A DNA stretch of 64,000 bases, taken from the NCBI GenBank assembly GCA_021414205.1, contig JAIOOW010000003.1:300365-364364 (forward strand). The letters run 5' to 3'. Of the stretch, positions 8,889 to 18,677 are shown one piece after another. The number at the start of each line of letters is the position of its first letter. Position 1 is the first letter of the stretch. The translations under genes were made by a program, and so were the position numbers. The stretch is from Candidatus Anderseniibacteriota bacterium. Lineage in GTDB: Bacteria; Patescibacteriota; Andersenbacteria; UBA10190. The notes beneath the pieces were generated by a model. It had not been told where the DNA came from and did no database searches. It worked only from the letters and a program-made list of their open reading frames with translations.

Positions 8889-9161
8889 TTATTGTACGTG
8901 GACGAACATTGCGGGTTTCAACTGACCGTTGAAACGCATCGTCTTTTTCTTCGCAAACTTTACGGTACCAGCAACTGCTGCGTAGAGCGTATCGTCTTCA
9001 CCTCGGCGTACGTTAATACCTGGTCGGTATTTTGTACCGCGCTGCCTGATGATGATTTGTCCCGGTTCAACGGGTTGCCCACCATAGATTTTCACGCCCA
9101 GTCGCTTCGATTCCGAATCTCGACCGAGCTGTGTAGATCCGGCGGCTTTCTTTGTTGACAT
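8889..9161 (-). CDS. rpmA: 50S ribosomal protein L27
   Basis: [30 protein letters not shown]. Confidence 0.97.
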   Translation of the reverse strand: MSTKKAAGSTQLGRDSESKRLGVKIYGGQPVEPGQIIIRQRGTKYRPGINVRRGEDDTLYAAVAGTVKFAKKKTMRFNGQLKPAMFVHVQ

Positions 9162-9179
9162 AGTAGTATATAAAGTTAA

Positions 9180-10376
9180 CTAAACCGTTTCCCAAAGGGT
9201 TACTTCTCGAGCTACTAGAGCATCTGGTCGGGCATAGAGCACCGTATCGGATGAACCAGCAGGAAAGTGAGACGCAATAGCCTCAGGAACGAGCTGTTTC
9301 TTACGATAGCCGATTGCGGTAATTTCGTCAATAAAAGAGCGGGGAAGAGGGGTAAAGCCATCAGCGCCCTTAGGGCAGGGGAGGAGAATAAGCAGATTTG
9401 CGCCTGGGCGTAACACTTTTCGAATATTCTGGAAAAATAGGGTGTACAAATTTATAATAGTATTGTGAAATATTTCAATTTCGGGGGACGATAGGGGATG
9501 GGTCAATGGGGTGCCTAAAAACGGTTCCGTGACTATAGAGATATTTTTTTCAGTAAGGTTTTCTGGAAACACTTCTTTTACATCGTGCAAAAACGCTTCT
9601 GGGCGAATATCTTTGATCACCGGAAATTGCTGCGTGAGGTAGTCCAAATTTTTGCCCGTTGCAGTAATCATGCGTTCGGACAAATCGCTTCCGACGGCAG
9701 AAAAACCCATCAGCCACGCTTCTTGCAAAATTGTTCCCATGCCGCAGAACGGATCATAAATAACCGTATCGGTTTTTGGTTGAGATAGATTAATCATAAT
9801 CTGCGCTAGTTTTGGAGGAAGGAGCCCTACTCGCGCATCACGCACCGGCCTGCTCGTGTCTCGCAATTCATAGTCTGCAATATTTTGCATATGAATTGTT
9901 TTAATGAGAATATACGTTTCCGCAATGCGGATGATGCTCAAATCCATATTCGGTTCGTGGAGCAATCTGTTAAATAGTACTTGGGCTGCATTCAAGCTGG
10001 ACCCTTTTGGTTCTATGAATGATAGTTTTGAGTTCTGGGCTTTTGCAGCTTTTTTTATAGAAATTGCCAATTTTTTTACGGAAGTTGAGCCGGAAAGTAC
10101 AGAAAGTCCCATAACCCATTTATCTGGGAGAGGGGAGAGCGCTACGACTATCTCCTCTGCTTCGGGCATATGGTTCCACTGCGTAACGTCTTGTGCGATT
10201 CGTATGGTTCCGCCCAATTCATCACCGATATGTTCTGGTAATGCATCTGCGCTAATTCGCATATACGAGTTCGTGATTCGAAGGACGCTGTAGGCGGTAT
10301 TGTGGCGTGCTAAATACGCCGCAACTTCGCTTGCGGATAACAGCGGATTTGTCCCCAGAAAAAACGTGTAATTCAT
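9180..10376 (-). CDS. SAM-dependent RNA methyltransferase, Trm11/UPF0020-like
   Basis: GLLPPKLAQIMINL, YDPFCGMGT, VTEPFLG. Confidence 0.8.
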   Translation of the reverse strand: MNYTFFLGTNPLLSASEVAAYLARHNTAYSVLRITNSYMRISADALPEHIGDELGGTIRIAQDVTQWNHMPEAEEIVVALSPLPDKWVMGLSVLSGSTSVKKLAISIKKAAKAQNSKLSFIEPKGSSLNAAQVLFNRLLHEPNMDLSIIRIAETYILIKTIHMQNIADYELRDTSRPVRDARVGLLPPKLAQIMINLSQPKTDTVIYDPFCGMGTILQEAWLMGFSAVGSDLSERMITATGKNLDYLTQQFPVIKDIRPEAFLHDVKEVFPENLTEKNISIVTEPFLGTPLTHPLSSPEIEIFHNTIINLYTLFFQNIRKVLRPGANLLILLPCPKGADGFTPLPRSFIDEITAIGYRKKQLVPEAIASHFPAGSSDTVLYARPDALVAREVTLWETV

Positions 10377-10394
10377 GTACTATGTATAGCATAT

Positions 10395-10778
10395 ATGATG
10401 CATGCAAAGGCAATGCAAATGGGATTACTGGGGATTGCGATATTTGGCGTTGGGTGGGAGACAGGGAAGGTGATGTCACCGTACTATGCCGCAACGCCTA
10501 TTGTGTTTGAGGATACGCAGCCTGCTGCCGGCGGGGGAGAAGGCGATTTAAAGGCCTTGCTGGTGAGTCCTGCGGCTTCAATTTCATCTGCTCCAGCGCA
10601 AGCGCAAGGTAAATATGTTGCAAGTAAAAACAGTACGCTGTTTCATGATCCTAGTTGCGCATCTGCGAAGAGTATAAAGCCAGAGAACCAGGTGTGGTTT
10701 GATAGCGTAGAAGCTGCCAAGGCTGCGGGATACTCCCCAAGCGCTTGTACTCAGAAGCTAATAGGTGTTTCACAATAA
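10395..10778 (+). CDS. Membrane-anchored protein with Ada-metal-binding-like C-terminal domain
   Basis: YVASKNSTLFHDPSC..AKSI...N.VWF.S.EAA..AGYSP. Confidence 0.75.
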   Translation: MMHAKAMQMGLLGIAIFGVGWETGKVMSPYYAATPIVFEDTQPAAGGGEGDLKALLVSPAASISSAPAQAQGKYVASKNSTLFHDPSCASAKSIKPENQVWFDSVEAAKAAGYSPSACTQKLIGVSQ

Positions 10779-10789
10779 AATATTGAAAA

Positions 10790-11310
10790 GTCAAGTAAAA
10801 AAGGGCGGGGGAGGGCAAAAAGGGCCTAAAAACAGAAAAAATGGGGCAGGGGAGTGGTTTTGCCTGTGGCACACAAGGTGATTACAGAGGGGAGATAGAG
10901 CGGGGAAATTGTTTAAAATATGTTTTTAGAGGGAGATAGGCAATTATACGATTTGTTCGCTAAATGTTCAGTTTGTGGAAAACTCGCGTAGAACATGTAT
11001 ATTGTCGCAAAAGGTACATTTTCGGACATACGAAACAGCTAAGGTATCTGCCTTGTCTGTATACTCCCGCCTTCTACTGTGCACAATATCTTTCTTCATG
11101 AAGAGATATGTATGCAACTATATCCCCGATTAGCTCCCCTTTATGCAAACAATTTTAGAACATTCTCTTTCTACTATATGTGCTCTATTCTTTATACTCG
11201 AGCTTGCTCTTATGTACCTATGCCTGCCAGATCGACCTGCAGTGTTTTTATATGCAAAAAGAGGTACTCTAGTACCCTCTGTTGCGTGTACGCGATTATA
11301 CGAGACCCTT
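10790..11310. other. Probable replication terminus region
   Basis: About 500 bp non-coding; G/purine-rich left half with GGGNAGGG octamers, C/pyrimidine-rich right half; most housekeeping genes converge here. Confidence 0.5.
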
Positions 11311-11311
11311 T

Positions 11312-11437
11312 TTATTTATTTTTTCGTAATTCGCGATACACGTATCGAATGATGTAAAACATTGCGTAGAATGGCCCCCAAATCGGTACGAGACGCTCAG
11401 CCCATTCCTCAAACGAATCATCAGGATTAAATGCCAT
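11312..11437 (-). CDS. Small 41-aa protein (not in ORF track)
   Basis: MAFNPDDSFEEWAERLVPIWGPFYAMFYIIRYVYRELRKNK; start 1 nt after upstream stop. Confidence 0.6.
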   Translation of the reverse strand: MAFNPDDSFEEWAERLVPIWGPFYAMFYIIRYVYRELRKNK

Positions 11438-11438
11438 A

Positions 11439-11531
11439 TTAGTAGAATGATAATGCGACCATGCCCGCCCCAATTGCTAATATGAGAATGGCGTAGATGA
11501 TTCGGATCATTCGTTTTTTACGTTTGTGCAT
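11439..11531 (-). CDS. Small 30-aa single-TM protein (not in ORF track)
   Basis: MHKRKKRMIRIIYAILILAIGAGMVALSFY; TATACT 6 nt upstream of ATG. Confidence 0.6.
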   Translation of the reverse strand: MHKRKKRMIRIIYAILILAIGAGMVALSFY

Positions 11532-11549
11532 AGAGGTAGTATACAATTT

Positions 11550-12983
11550 TTATTTCAAACTATCACGTGCATCCTGTAAACGTCGCAAAACATCAGATTT
11601 GCCGATAGCTTCCGCAACTGCAAATGGCGTGGGGGAATGTTCCCTGCCTGTTAATGCAACACGGAGCGGCCACAAGTATTCTCCTCTCCCCTTTTGGTTT
11701 GAATCGATCCAGTTGATTAGAAATTCTTCGAGATGTTTTGCAGTCCACTCCCCTTCTGGAATTGTGGAAATAATACTAGATAGCTCTGAAATAATTGCTT
11801 GTGTAGATTTTTTTATTTCAGGCGTTTGGGTATCGGGTTTTTGCCTGAATGTAAGTGATACGTCGCTATAATCCGTTGCCCAATCTGACGCATGCCAAGC
11901 CATGGCTTCATGGAGCGGGGTGCCGCCAATATCGTATGACGCAAAGCGTCCCAACTCTGTCTTAAGTGCTTGTAATAGTCGTTCCGGTTCCTGTATTTCG
12001 ATGCCGTTTTTGTCGTAATATGCTTTTGCCCATGCAAATAATTCTTCATCGGAAAGTTCAGATAGATAGTGCTTGTTCATGCTCGCCAATTTTACGATAG
12101 AAAATATCGCCCCTGCTTTTTGTACTCGCTCTATCGTAAACGCTTGAGCAAGTTCATCGTGAGTATAGTATTCCCTATCGTCGCCATTGTTCCATCCGAG
12201 CAATGCTAAGTAGTTCATCATCGTTTGAGGTAAATATCCCATATCTCGATATGCTAGTAGGCTCGTTTCTTTATTGCGCTTGGAAAGTTTTTTTCGGTTG
12301 TCGTCGAGGAGTAATGGCAAGTGCGCATATATTGGCCTTGTGTACCCGAGTGCTTCCTGAATTAAGATATGCTTAATTGTATTGTGGATATGATCTTCTC
12401 CTCTAATTACATGCGTAATTTGCATCGCCTCATCGTCGTATACAACGGCTAAGTGATAGAGCGGGTTATCTACTGCGCGCGCTACAACAAAGTCCCCGCC
12501 AAAAGAATCTGTGTGAACTTTGACGGTACCACGTACTAAATCTTCAAATGTAACTTCTTTTGATTCAACAATAAGACGCACTGCACCGCTGGTCAGATTT
12601 TTCTGTCTGCAATCGCATTTGTTTTCGCCATGATTCCCTTCGCAAAAATATGCTAACTTTTTATCAAGTAATTCCTGCACTACTTTTTGATGCTCTGCTA
12701 CTCGCTCAGATTGTCTATATGGGCCGTACAGTCCCCCAACATCTGGCCCTTCTTGCCAATTAAGGCCAAGCCAGCGCAATCCTTCTAAGATATTTTCTTC
12801 AAATTCAGGTTTTGAACGCTCAAAATCAGTATCTTCCACGCGAATAATAAACGAGCCATTGTCGCCGTGATGGCTTGCAAATAGTTCGTTAAATAAAGCT
12901 GCGCGAGCAGTTCCAACATGAAGATCCCCTGTTGGGCTTGGGGCAATGCGCACGCGGACAGATTCGTTTGGTTTTTCAGGCAT
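11550..12983 (-). CDS. gltX: Glutamate--tRNA ligase
   Basis: RIAPSPTGDLHVG, RVEDTD, THVIRGEDH, KLSKR. Confidence 0.96.
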   Translation of the reverse strand: MPEKPNESVRVRIAPSPTGDLHVGTARAALFNELFASHHGDNGSFIIRVEDTDFERSKPEFEENILEGLRWLGLNWQEGPDVGGLYGPYRQSERVAEHQKVVQELLDKKLAYFCEGNHGENKCDCRQKNLTSGAVRLIVESKEVTFEDLVRGTVKVHTDSFGGDFVVARAVDNPLYHLAVVYDDEAMQITHVIRGEDHIHNTIKHILIQEALGYTRPIYAHLPLLLDDNRKKLSKRNKETSLLAYRDMGYLPQTMMNYLALLGWNNGDDREYYTHDELAQAFTIERVQKAGAIFSIVKLASMNKHYLSELSDEELFAWAKAYYDKNGIEIQEPERLLQALKTELGRFASYDIGGTPLHEAMAWHASDWATDYSDVSLTFRQKPDTQTPEIKKSTQAIISELSSIISTIPEGEWTAKHLEEFLINWIDSNQKGRGEYLWPLRVALTGREHSPTPFAVAEAIGKSDVLRRLQDARDSLK

Positions 12984-13527
12984 ATAATGCATTATATAGT
13001 TTTTCTTTCTTAGCGGGATCAAGCTGCGCTTCTAGCAACATAATGCGAAGCTGCAAATCGCGCAATTCTTCATTGTGGCCAAGCGCGAGAAATTCGTCGA
13101 ATGTAAAGAACTGAAGCTCGATTTTTTCTCCCGCGCTTTGTTGCGGTTCGTGAATTTTTGTAAGATGCTTGGCAATGAAAAAGTGAACATAGTAGTCTAC
13201 TCTGCCCGCTGGCTTGTATGAAAAAAGCGGAGCAATTGTGGCGGTCTCATAACCGGTTTCTTCTAAAAACTCTCGTTGTGCCGCTGCTTCCGGGGACTCC
13301 CCTTCGTCTACTTGCCCGCCTGGTAAGCCGAATACCCTGTTGCGATCGGGCTGTTCATCCCATACACATACAATCGTGTTGTCGGGCATTACTCCGATTG
13401 TTCGCACAGTATCTGATCTCGTTGCTTTTTCAAAAACTTGTTTTGATCCGTCGTATAGTTCTTGCTCCCATTGCCATATAGAAAATATCTCGCCTTGGAA
13501 TACTTTTTTCATGTCGGGTTTATTCAT
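12976..13527 (-). CDS. NUDIX hydrolase
   Basis: Nudix box GGQVDEGESPEAAAQREFLEETG. Confidence 0.9.
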   Translation of the reverse strand: MNKPDMKKVFQGEIFSIWQWEQELYDGSKQVFEKATRSDTVRTIGVMPDNTIVCVWDEQPDRNRVFGLPGGQVDEGESPEAAAQREFLEETGYETATIAPLFSYKPAGRVDYYVHFFIAKHLTKIHEPQQSAGEKIELQFFTFDEFLALGHNEELRDLQLRIMLLEAQLDPAKKEKLYNALYA

Positions 13528-13569
13528 GTAACTAAGTATATCTGTTCCCTACCGTAAGCCAAATAAATC

Positions 13570-13598
13570 TTGACATGAGATATTTATTACGGTATAAC
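13570..13598 (+). promoter_or_regulatory. sigma70 promoter TTGACA-N17-TATAAC
   Basis: Near-consensus; GTTCTTT at 13614; SD GAGGAG. Confidence 0.65.
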
Positions 13599-13650
13599 AA
13601 ATTAAAGTTTTGAGTTCTTTTTTTTACCTACATCATTGCGAGGAGCAATC

Positions 13651-13863
13651 ATGAGAATGGGGTATTCAATAAGTGCGGCACGGATATGTACACAGGAGAG
13701 AGTCGGCGTTCGACGAAAAGCAAAAACAGGAAAGAATAAGAAGCGACGAGAAATTTCCTGCGGGCCAAAAGTACGCCAAAGAACTCGTGGCGTTCTGAAT
13801 GTATTAAGTCCTCAGCAGTTTCTCGTTGCGCTCGCGACCTGTATTTGCACACCGTTCAAGTAA
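13651..13863 (+). CDS. Small basic hypothetical protein
   Basis: 70 aa Arg/Lys-rich ORF with SD, promoter and terminator hairpin at about 13893-13925. Confidence 0.5.
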   Translation: MRMGYSISAARICTQERVGVRRKAKTGKNKKRREISCGPKVRQRTRGVLNVLSPQQFLVALATCICTPFK

Positions 13864-14016
13864 TGCGCCGTGATGTACGTCGCCCCTTAATCGCCATCGA
13901 CAGATAGTGTGTCGGTGGCATTTTTATTTTTGACAAATAGTTTTAATTATAGTAATAATTACACGCAATGTATTCGCAGTGGCGGTGTGTTGATGATCTT
14001 TTTCAAAGGAATTCCG

Positions 14017-14532
14017 ATGAGTGTTGTGAGCCCTTCTTTTGCTGATTGTGCGAGACGGTTTTGCAATATTGATGACTTGCCGGCCTGGCTTGAGCAGCAG
14101 CGATCGGCGGCTGTTCCAGACGATTGCTGGGATTTTCCGCATGAGCATGGGTTGATTGATTTGCATGAACTCGAAGAGCTTCTTGGAGACAATTGGCTTC
14201 GCGCCTTATCTGATTATGCAGTACCGTTTAGCACTGCCGAGTTGGAAGTTTTTGGGTTCTGTGAAGCTATCATCTGCATGCAGCCGTCGTTTGCCGCATC
14301 TGGCGCCCGGACGTACCCGGTACGCGATGGAGTGATTACCGTGTTTTCTGGAGAGAATTTTTCAGCAGTCTTTTTGGGCAACGACGATACTTATCGGCAT
14401 ATTGAACAATCGTGGGAAGCGCTGTTCTGCATCCTTAGTGCTTGGCGACATGCTCCTGATCAGGCGCAGCGCGAGGCAGCACGCGAATTTCTGTGTGGCT
14501 TGGTCGAACAGGCCATGAATACGCAAGAGTAA
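14017..14532 (+). CDS. Hypothetical protein (acidic ORFan)
   Basis: TTGACA at 13930, boxA-like GATCTTTTTCAA at 13995, AAGGA SD, terminator 14555-14591. Confidence 0.65.
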   Translation: MSVVSPSFADCARRFCNIDDLPAWLEQQRSAAVPDDCWDFPHEHGLIDLHELEELLGDNWLRALSDYAVPFSTAELEVFGFCEAIICMQPSFAASGARTYPVRDGVITVFSGENFSAVFLGNDDTYRHIEQSWEALFCILSAWRHAPDQAQREAAREFLCGLVEQAMNTQE

Positions 14533-14605
14533 TTGGTCTTTTGGGGTAAAACACAAACGGCGATCAGTATTGCAACTGACCGCCGTTTTTTCTTTTCTTA
14601 CTTCC

Positions 14606-15625
14606 CTACCACTTCAACGACCCTGCGTTCTTGTATTCCGTTACTCTCGTTTCAAAGAAGTTCTTTTCTTTTCGCAAATCGATAATTTCGCTCATCCATG
14701 GGAACGGATTTTCTGCACCGTATACCTTTTCTAGATTGATTCGCTCCAATCTTCTATCTGCAACATATTTTAAGTATTCGTCGATTGTATCTGCGTTGAG
14801 TCCCAAGATCCCTGTTGGTAAGCAGTCATGCGCGTATGCGGATTCAAGCTCCACTCCATGCTTGATATTTTCCGTAATCGTCGTCTTGAATTGCTCTGTC
14901 CAAATTTCTGGATTTTCTTCAACGATGGTGTTGATCAAATCTGTTCCGAATGCCAAGTGCACCGATTCATCGCGAAGAATAAATTGGAACTGCTCCCCTA
15001 CTCCGACCATTTTGTTTTGGCGAAGGAACGAAAGCATCATCACGAATCCCGCGTAGAAGAAAATGCCTTCCATGATGACGTAGAATCCTACCAAGTCATG
15101 TACAAATCGCTGAATGTTTTCTGTGCCGTTGGTAGAAAAATTCGGATCCGATAGGGATTTTGTCATGTTTACTACGAACTCATCTTTGTGCTTAATGCTT
15201 GGAACTCGGTCGTACATGGTATACACATCGTCCGGGTCGAGTCCTAACGTGTCGCAGCAGTAAATGAATGTGTCGGTGTGCACAGCTTCCTCGTATGCTT
15301 GGCGCAAGAGGTACTGGCGGCATTCCGGATTCGTAATGTGCTTGTAGATGGTAAGGACAAGATTGTTTGCTGTGAGGCTTTCTGCTGTTGAGAAGAATCC
15401 CATATTCCACATAATGAGTCTGCGCTCGTCATCGGAAAGAACAGACGTGCTCTTCCATGTTTCCACGTCTTTTTGCATGTTTACTTCATCGGGCGTCCAG
15501 TTATTTGCAACACCAGACTGGTAGTGCTTGCGCGCCCACTTATACTTCATCGGAAGTATTTTATTCGGGTCGGTGGTTGCGCAGTTTAATATCTTCTTTT
15601 CAGCTGTTTCCATAGTTATTGACAT
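14606..15625 (-). CDS. nrdB: Ribonucleotide reductase beta subunit, class Ic (Mn/Fe) signature
   Basis: FFSTAESL, EEAVHTDTF, MEGIFFY, RDESVH, KNFFETRVTEY. Confidence 0.95.
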   Translation of the reverse strand: MSITMETAEKKILNCATTDPNKILPMKYKWARKHYQSGVANNWTPDEVNMQKDVETWKSTSVLSDDERRLIMWNMGFFSTAESLTANNLVLTIYKHITNPECRQYLLRQAYEEAVHTDTFIYCCDTLGLDPDDVYTMYDRVPSIKHKDEFVVNMTKSLSDPNFSTNGTENIQRFVHDLVGFYVIMEGIFFYAGFVMMLSFLRQNKMVGVGEQFQFILRDESVHLAFGTDLINTIVEENPEIWTEQFKTTITENIKHGVELESAYAHDCLPTGILGLNADTIDEYLKYVADRRLERINLEKVYGAENPFPWMSEIIDLRKEKNFFETRVTEYKNAGSLKW

Positions 15626-18462
15626 GATTCACAAATATTTAAGTTCGGATCCCCTGCCATCTGCGGCACTGGCTGCGTAAGGGTGATGTCTGGCATCACT
15701 GGCCGCGGCATTGGAGTTGGTGCAGGGGCGGGAGGAGGCGTTGGAGCGGACATTATTGGCGTTGGTGTCGGAATAACAGGAGGCATCGTCTCGAACTTCT
15801 TGTTGATGTCTACAGTGCTCTTTTCTACAGAAGATGCTCCGAGGGTTCGCAAGTAGTACGTTGTCTTTAAGCCCGCTTCCCATGCCATGATGTACATATC
15901 TGAGATATCTTTTCCGGATTCTGTCTTGATGAATAAGTTGAGAGACTGGCTTTGATCGATCCATTTAGAGCGGCGCGCTGCTTGCTTGATTACCCACTGC
16001 GGTTCAATTTCGAAGATTTCTTTATATCGGTCTTTGATATCCTGAGGAATTTCTGGAATGTTCTGGATGCTGCCATCGTAATGCTTCATTTTTTCGAGCA
16101 TGTCGCTATTCCACAAGTTGCGCTTCTTTAAGTCATTCACTAGCTGTTCGTTGATGACGGTGAATTCGCCTGTGACGTTAGACTTTGTATAGATGTTGTT
16201 ATAGATCGGCTCAATTGATGGCAGGCTTCCGACAATTGTTGAAATCGTTGCAGTAGGTGCAATAGCCATAGTATTAGAATTGCGCATCCCATACATTCGC
16301 ACGTGTTCGCGAACAGGGGTCCAATCCAATTTGGATGATCGGTCTACTTCAATTGGCATTCCTCGCTCTTCTTCTAATAAAGCAATCGTGTCTTGCGGGA
16401 ATAAGTTCCTGTCCCATTTCGATCCTTGGTATGTCTGGTACTTCCCCTTTTCTTTTGCAAGAACTGATGAGCCTAAGATTGCATAGTACGCAATATATTC
16501 CATGACGTTGTCTGCAAGCTCCACAGTGTCTTCGCTGTCGAATTGCATGCCGAGCGTGTAGAGCATGTCTTGCCAGCCCATGATACCCAATCCAACCGGG
16601 CGATGGCGCATGTTGGAATTTTTAGCCTCAATAGTCGGATAGAAGTTTAAGTCGATGACGTTGTCGAGCATGCGCATTGCTTGCGTTGTTGTTTCTTTGA
16701 GCATGTCGTAATTAACAATCCCGTTTTGTACGTGTCGAACGAGATTGATTGAGCCTAAGTTGCATACGGCAGTTTCTTCTGCGGACGTGTTCAGCGTAAT
16801 TTCCGTACAAAGATTTGAGCTGTGCACTACTCCTACGTGATCTTGCGGTGATCGAACGTTTGAAGGATCCTTGAACGTCATCCATGGGTGCCCCGTGGAA
16901 TACAGGCTATTAATCATCTTTCTCCATAGGTCGATTGCGCGAATTCGTTTGAAGAGACGAATTTCGCCTGTGTCTGCTTTTCGTTCGTACTCCATGTACT
17001 TCTGCTCGAACGCTCGCCCGTAGATGTGATGGAGCTCCGGAGTTTCGTCTGGAGAAAAGAGCGTCCATTGACCATCATTGATAACCCGCTTCATAAATAA
17101 GTCCGGGATCCAGTTTGATGTATTGGTATCGTGAGTGCGTCGGCGTTCGTCCCCAGTGTTTTTGCGGAGTTCTAGGAAGTCCTCTATGTCGTAGTGCCAG
17201 GTTTCAAGATATACGCACGTAGCTCCTCGGCGCTTTCCTGAACGGTTAATAGCAGCGGTTGTTGCGTCTGAGATTTTTAAGAATGGAATAACGCCTTGGC
17301 TTCCAACGTTTGTGCTCTTGATCTGCGCTCCTGTTGCGCGAATGTTTGTCCAGTCGTTTCCTAAGCCGCCGGACCATTTGGATAATTGCGCGTTGTCTCC
17401 AATCGATTTGAAGATATGCTCGAGTTTGTCGTCTACGGTAGTAAGGTAGCAAGAACTCATCTGCGGGTGGCTCGTTCCTGCGTGGAAGAGTGTCGGTGTT
17501 GAGGGTACGTATCGTAGTGTCGACATCGTGTTGTAGAACGTAATCGCATAGTTCGTCCACTGGCTCTTCTCTTCATTGAGCGCAAGACCCATGGCTACGC
17601 GCATCCAGAAATACTGCGGAACTTCCAAAATATTCTGTTCCAAATCTCGAACGAAGTATCGTTCGTATAATGTTTGGATGCCGAGGTATTCAAACAGCTT
17701 GTCTCGCGAGATATCGAGCGCTTGCGATAGCGCCTCGAAATCGAACTCGTTCATGCGAGGGTCGAGGCGGCCCGATGTAACTCCTTTTGCAATGCTGTTC
17801 CTAAGGCCTTGCCGGTAAATGTGTTGGAAGTCCGGTGCGAATTCGTCTGTTCCAATAACATCGCGATACAAATCGTTTGTAAGAACGCGTGCTGCAAGAT
17901 ACGAGTACTTCGGATCTTGTTCAATGCGAGATCGTAAGGACATAATAATCGCCTGGTTGATTTGCGATGTTGAAATGCCGTCGTAAATATTGCTTTGCGT
18001 TTCTTTTAATACAATGTCTACTTGCTCCGGGCTGAGCACGTCTCCGCAGTACCGTTGGATTGCCAATCGGATGCGTCCCATGTCAAAAGGAACCATTTGT
18101 CCGTCCCTATTTTTTACGTTGAGCTGTTGCTTGGCAATGCGCTGCTGCAGTTCGAACTGGGCTTTCTGACGTTTCTCTTCTTGTTCGACTCGGTACAAAA
18201 TATATGCTTTTGCAACATCGAATAGCCCCTTCTCTGCTATTTTTCGCTCTACGCGATCCTGAATATTTTCAACTCCCGGGACCTCCGTGATAAAAGATCC
18301 TTCTAGGTCGATAATAACTTCATCTACTATTACTTCGACTACCGGTGCATCCGCCTGCTCTCCGCGAGTAGCTATGTATGCCTTATGAATCGCATCTTGG
18401 ATTCGTTGTCGATCAAAATCTACAATGGAACCGTTACGTTTTTTGACTTTGTCGATGGGCAT
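15616..18462 (-). CDS. nrdA: Ribonucleotide reductase alpha subunit with two N-terminal ATP-cones
   Basis: VKKRNG and VKNRDG cones, PSTPTLF, SSC, SNLCTEI, APTATIS, KTTYY, C-terminal CESC. Confidence 0.96.
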   Translation of the reverse strand: MPIDKVKKRNGSIVDFDRQRIQDAIHKAYIATRGEQADAPVVEVIVDEVIIDLEGSFITEVPGVENIQDRVERKIAEKGLFDVAKAYILYRVEQEEKRQKAQFELQQRIAKQQLNVKNRDGQMVPFDMGRIRLAIQRYCGDVLSPEQVDIVLKETQSNIYDGISTSQINQAIIMSLRSRIEQDPKYSYLAARVLTNDLYRDVIGTDEFAPDFQHIYRQGLRNSIAKGVTSGRLDPRMNEFDFEALSQALDISRDKLFEYLGIQTLYERYFVRDLEQNILEVPQYFWMRVAMGLALNEEKSQWTNYAITFYNTMSTLRYVPSTPTLFHAGTSHPQMSSCYLTTVDDKLEHIFKSIGDNAQLSKWSGGLGNDWTNIRATGAQIKSTNVGSQGVIPFLKISDATTAAINRSGKRRGATCVYLETWHYDIEDFLELRKNTGDERRRTHDTNTSNWIPDLFMKRVINDGQWTLFSPDETPELHHIYGRAFEQKYMEYERKADTGEIRLFKRIRAIDLWRKMINSLYSTGHPWMTFKDPSNVRSPQDHVGVVHSSNLCTEITLNTSAEETAVCNLGSINLVRHVQNGIVNYDMLKETTTQAMRMLDNVIDLNFYPTIEAKNSNMRHRPVGLGIMGWQDMLYTLGMQFDSEDTVELADNVMEYIAYYAILGSSVLAKEKGKYQTYQGSKWDRNLFPQDTIALLEEERGMPIEVDRSSKLDWTPVREHVRMYGMRNSNTMAIAPTATISTIVGSLPSIEPIYNNIYTKSNVTGEFTVINEQLVNDLKKRNLWNSDMLEKMKHYDGSIQNIPEIPQDIKDRYKEIFEIEPQWVIKQAARRSKWIDQSQSLNLFIKTESGKDISDMYIMAWEAGLKTTYYLRTLGASSVEKSTVDINKKFETMPPVIPTPTPIMSAPTPPPAPAPTPMPRPVMPDITLTQPVPQMAGDPNLNICESCQ

Positions 18463-18621
18463 AGAAGGATATGCTATAAGTTACGAATAAATTGTTGGTA
18501 CCCTTAAGTATACGTCCGCTAGAGTGCGCATTCAAAAAATTACGGAGCTTCATTTTTTCTCTCAACTGACCGTGTTCTAGATTAGCGTTTGTACGTATTT
18601 TGTTCTCATGTGCATAAGTAT

Positions 18622-18653
18622 AAAAAATCCCGGGGTACCTGCCGGGATTTTTT
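18622..18653. terminator. Intrinsic terminator (bidirectional-like)
   Basis: AAAAAATCCCGG...CCGGGATTTTTT. Confidence 0.75.
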
Positions 18654-18677
18654 ATTTCTGTTCGTCTAAATTCTTTC

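Noticed and set aside
10960..11090. oriC, from DnaA-box-like TGTGGAAAA and TGTGCACAA
   Set aside because: Only one or two weak boxes; skew direction and convergent gene orientation indicate a terminus instead
11079..11357. Plus-strand ORFs of 92 and 69 aa
   Set aside because: Atypical composition, no start signals, and they overlap a better-supported minus-strand small ORF
18465..18620. NrdR boxes upstream of nrdA
   Set aside because: No convincing acaCwAtATaTwGtg palindrome pair could be read
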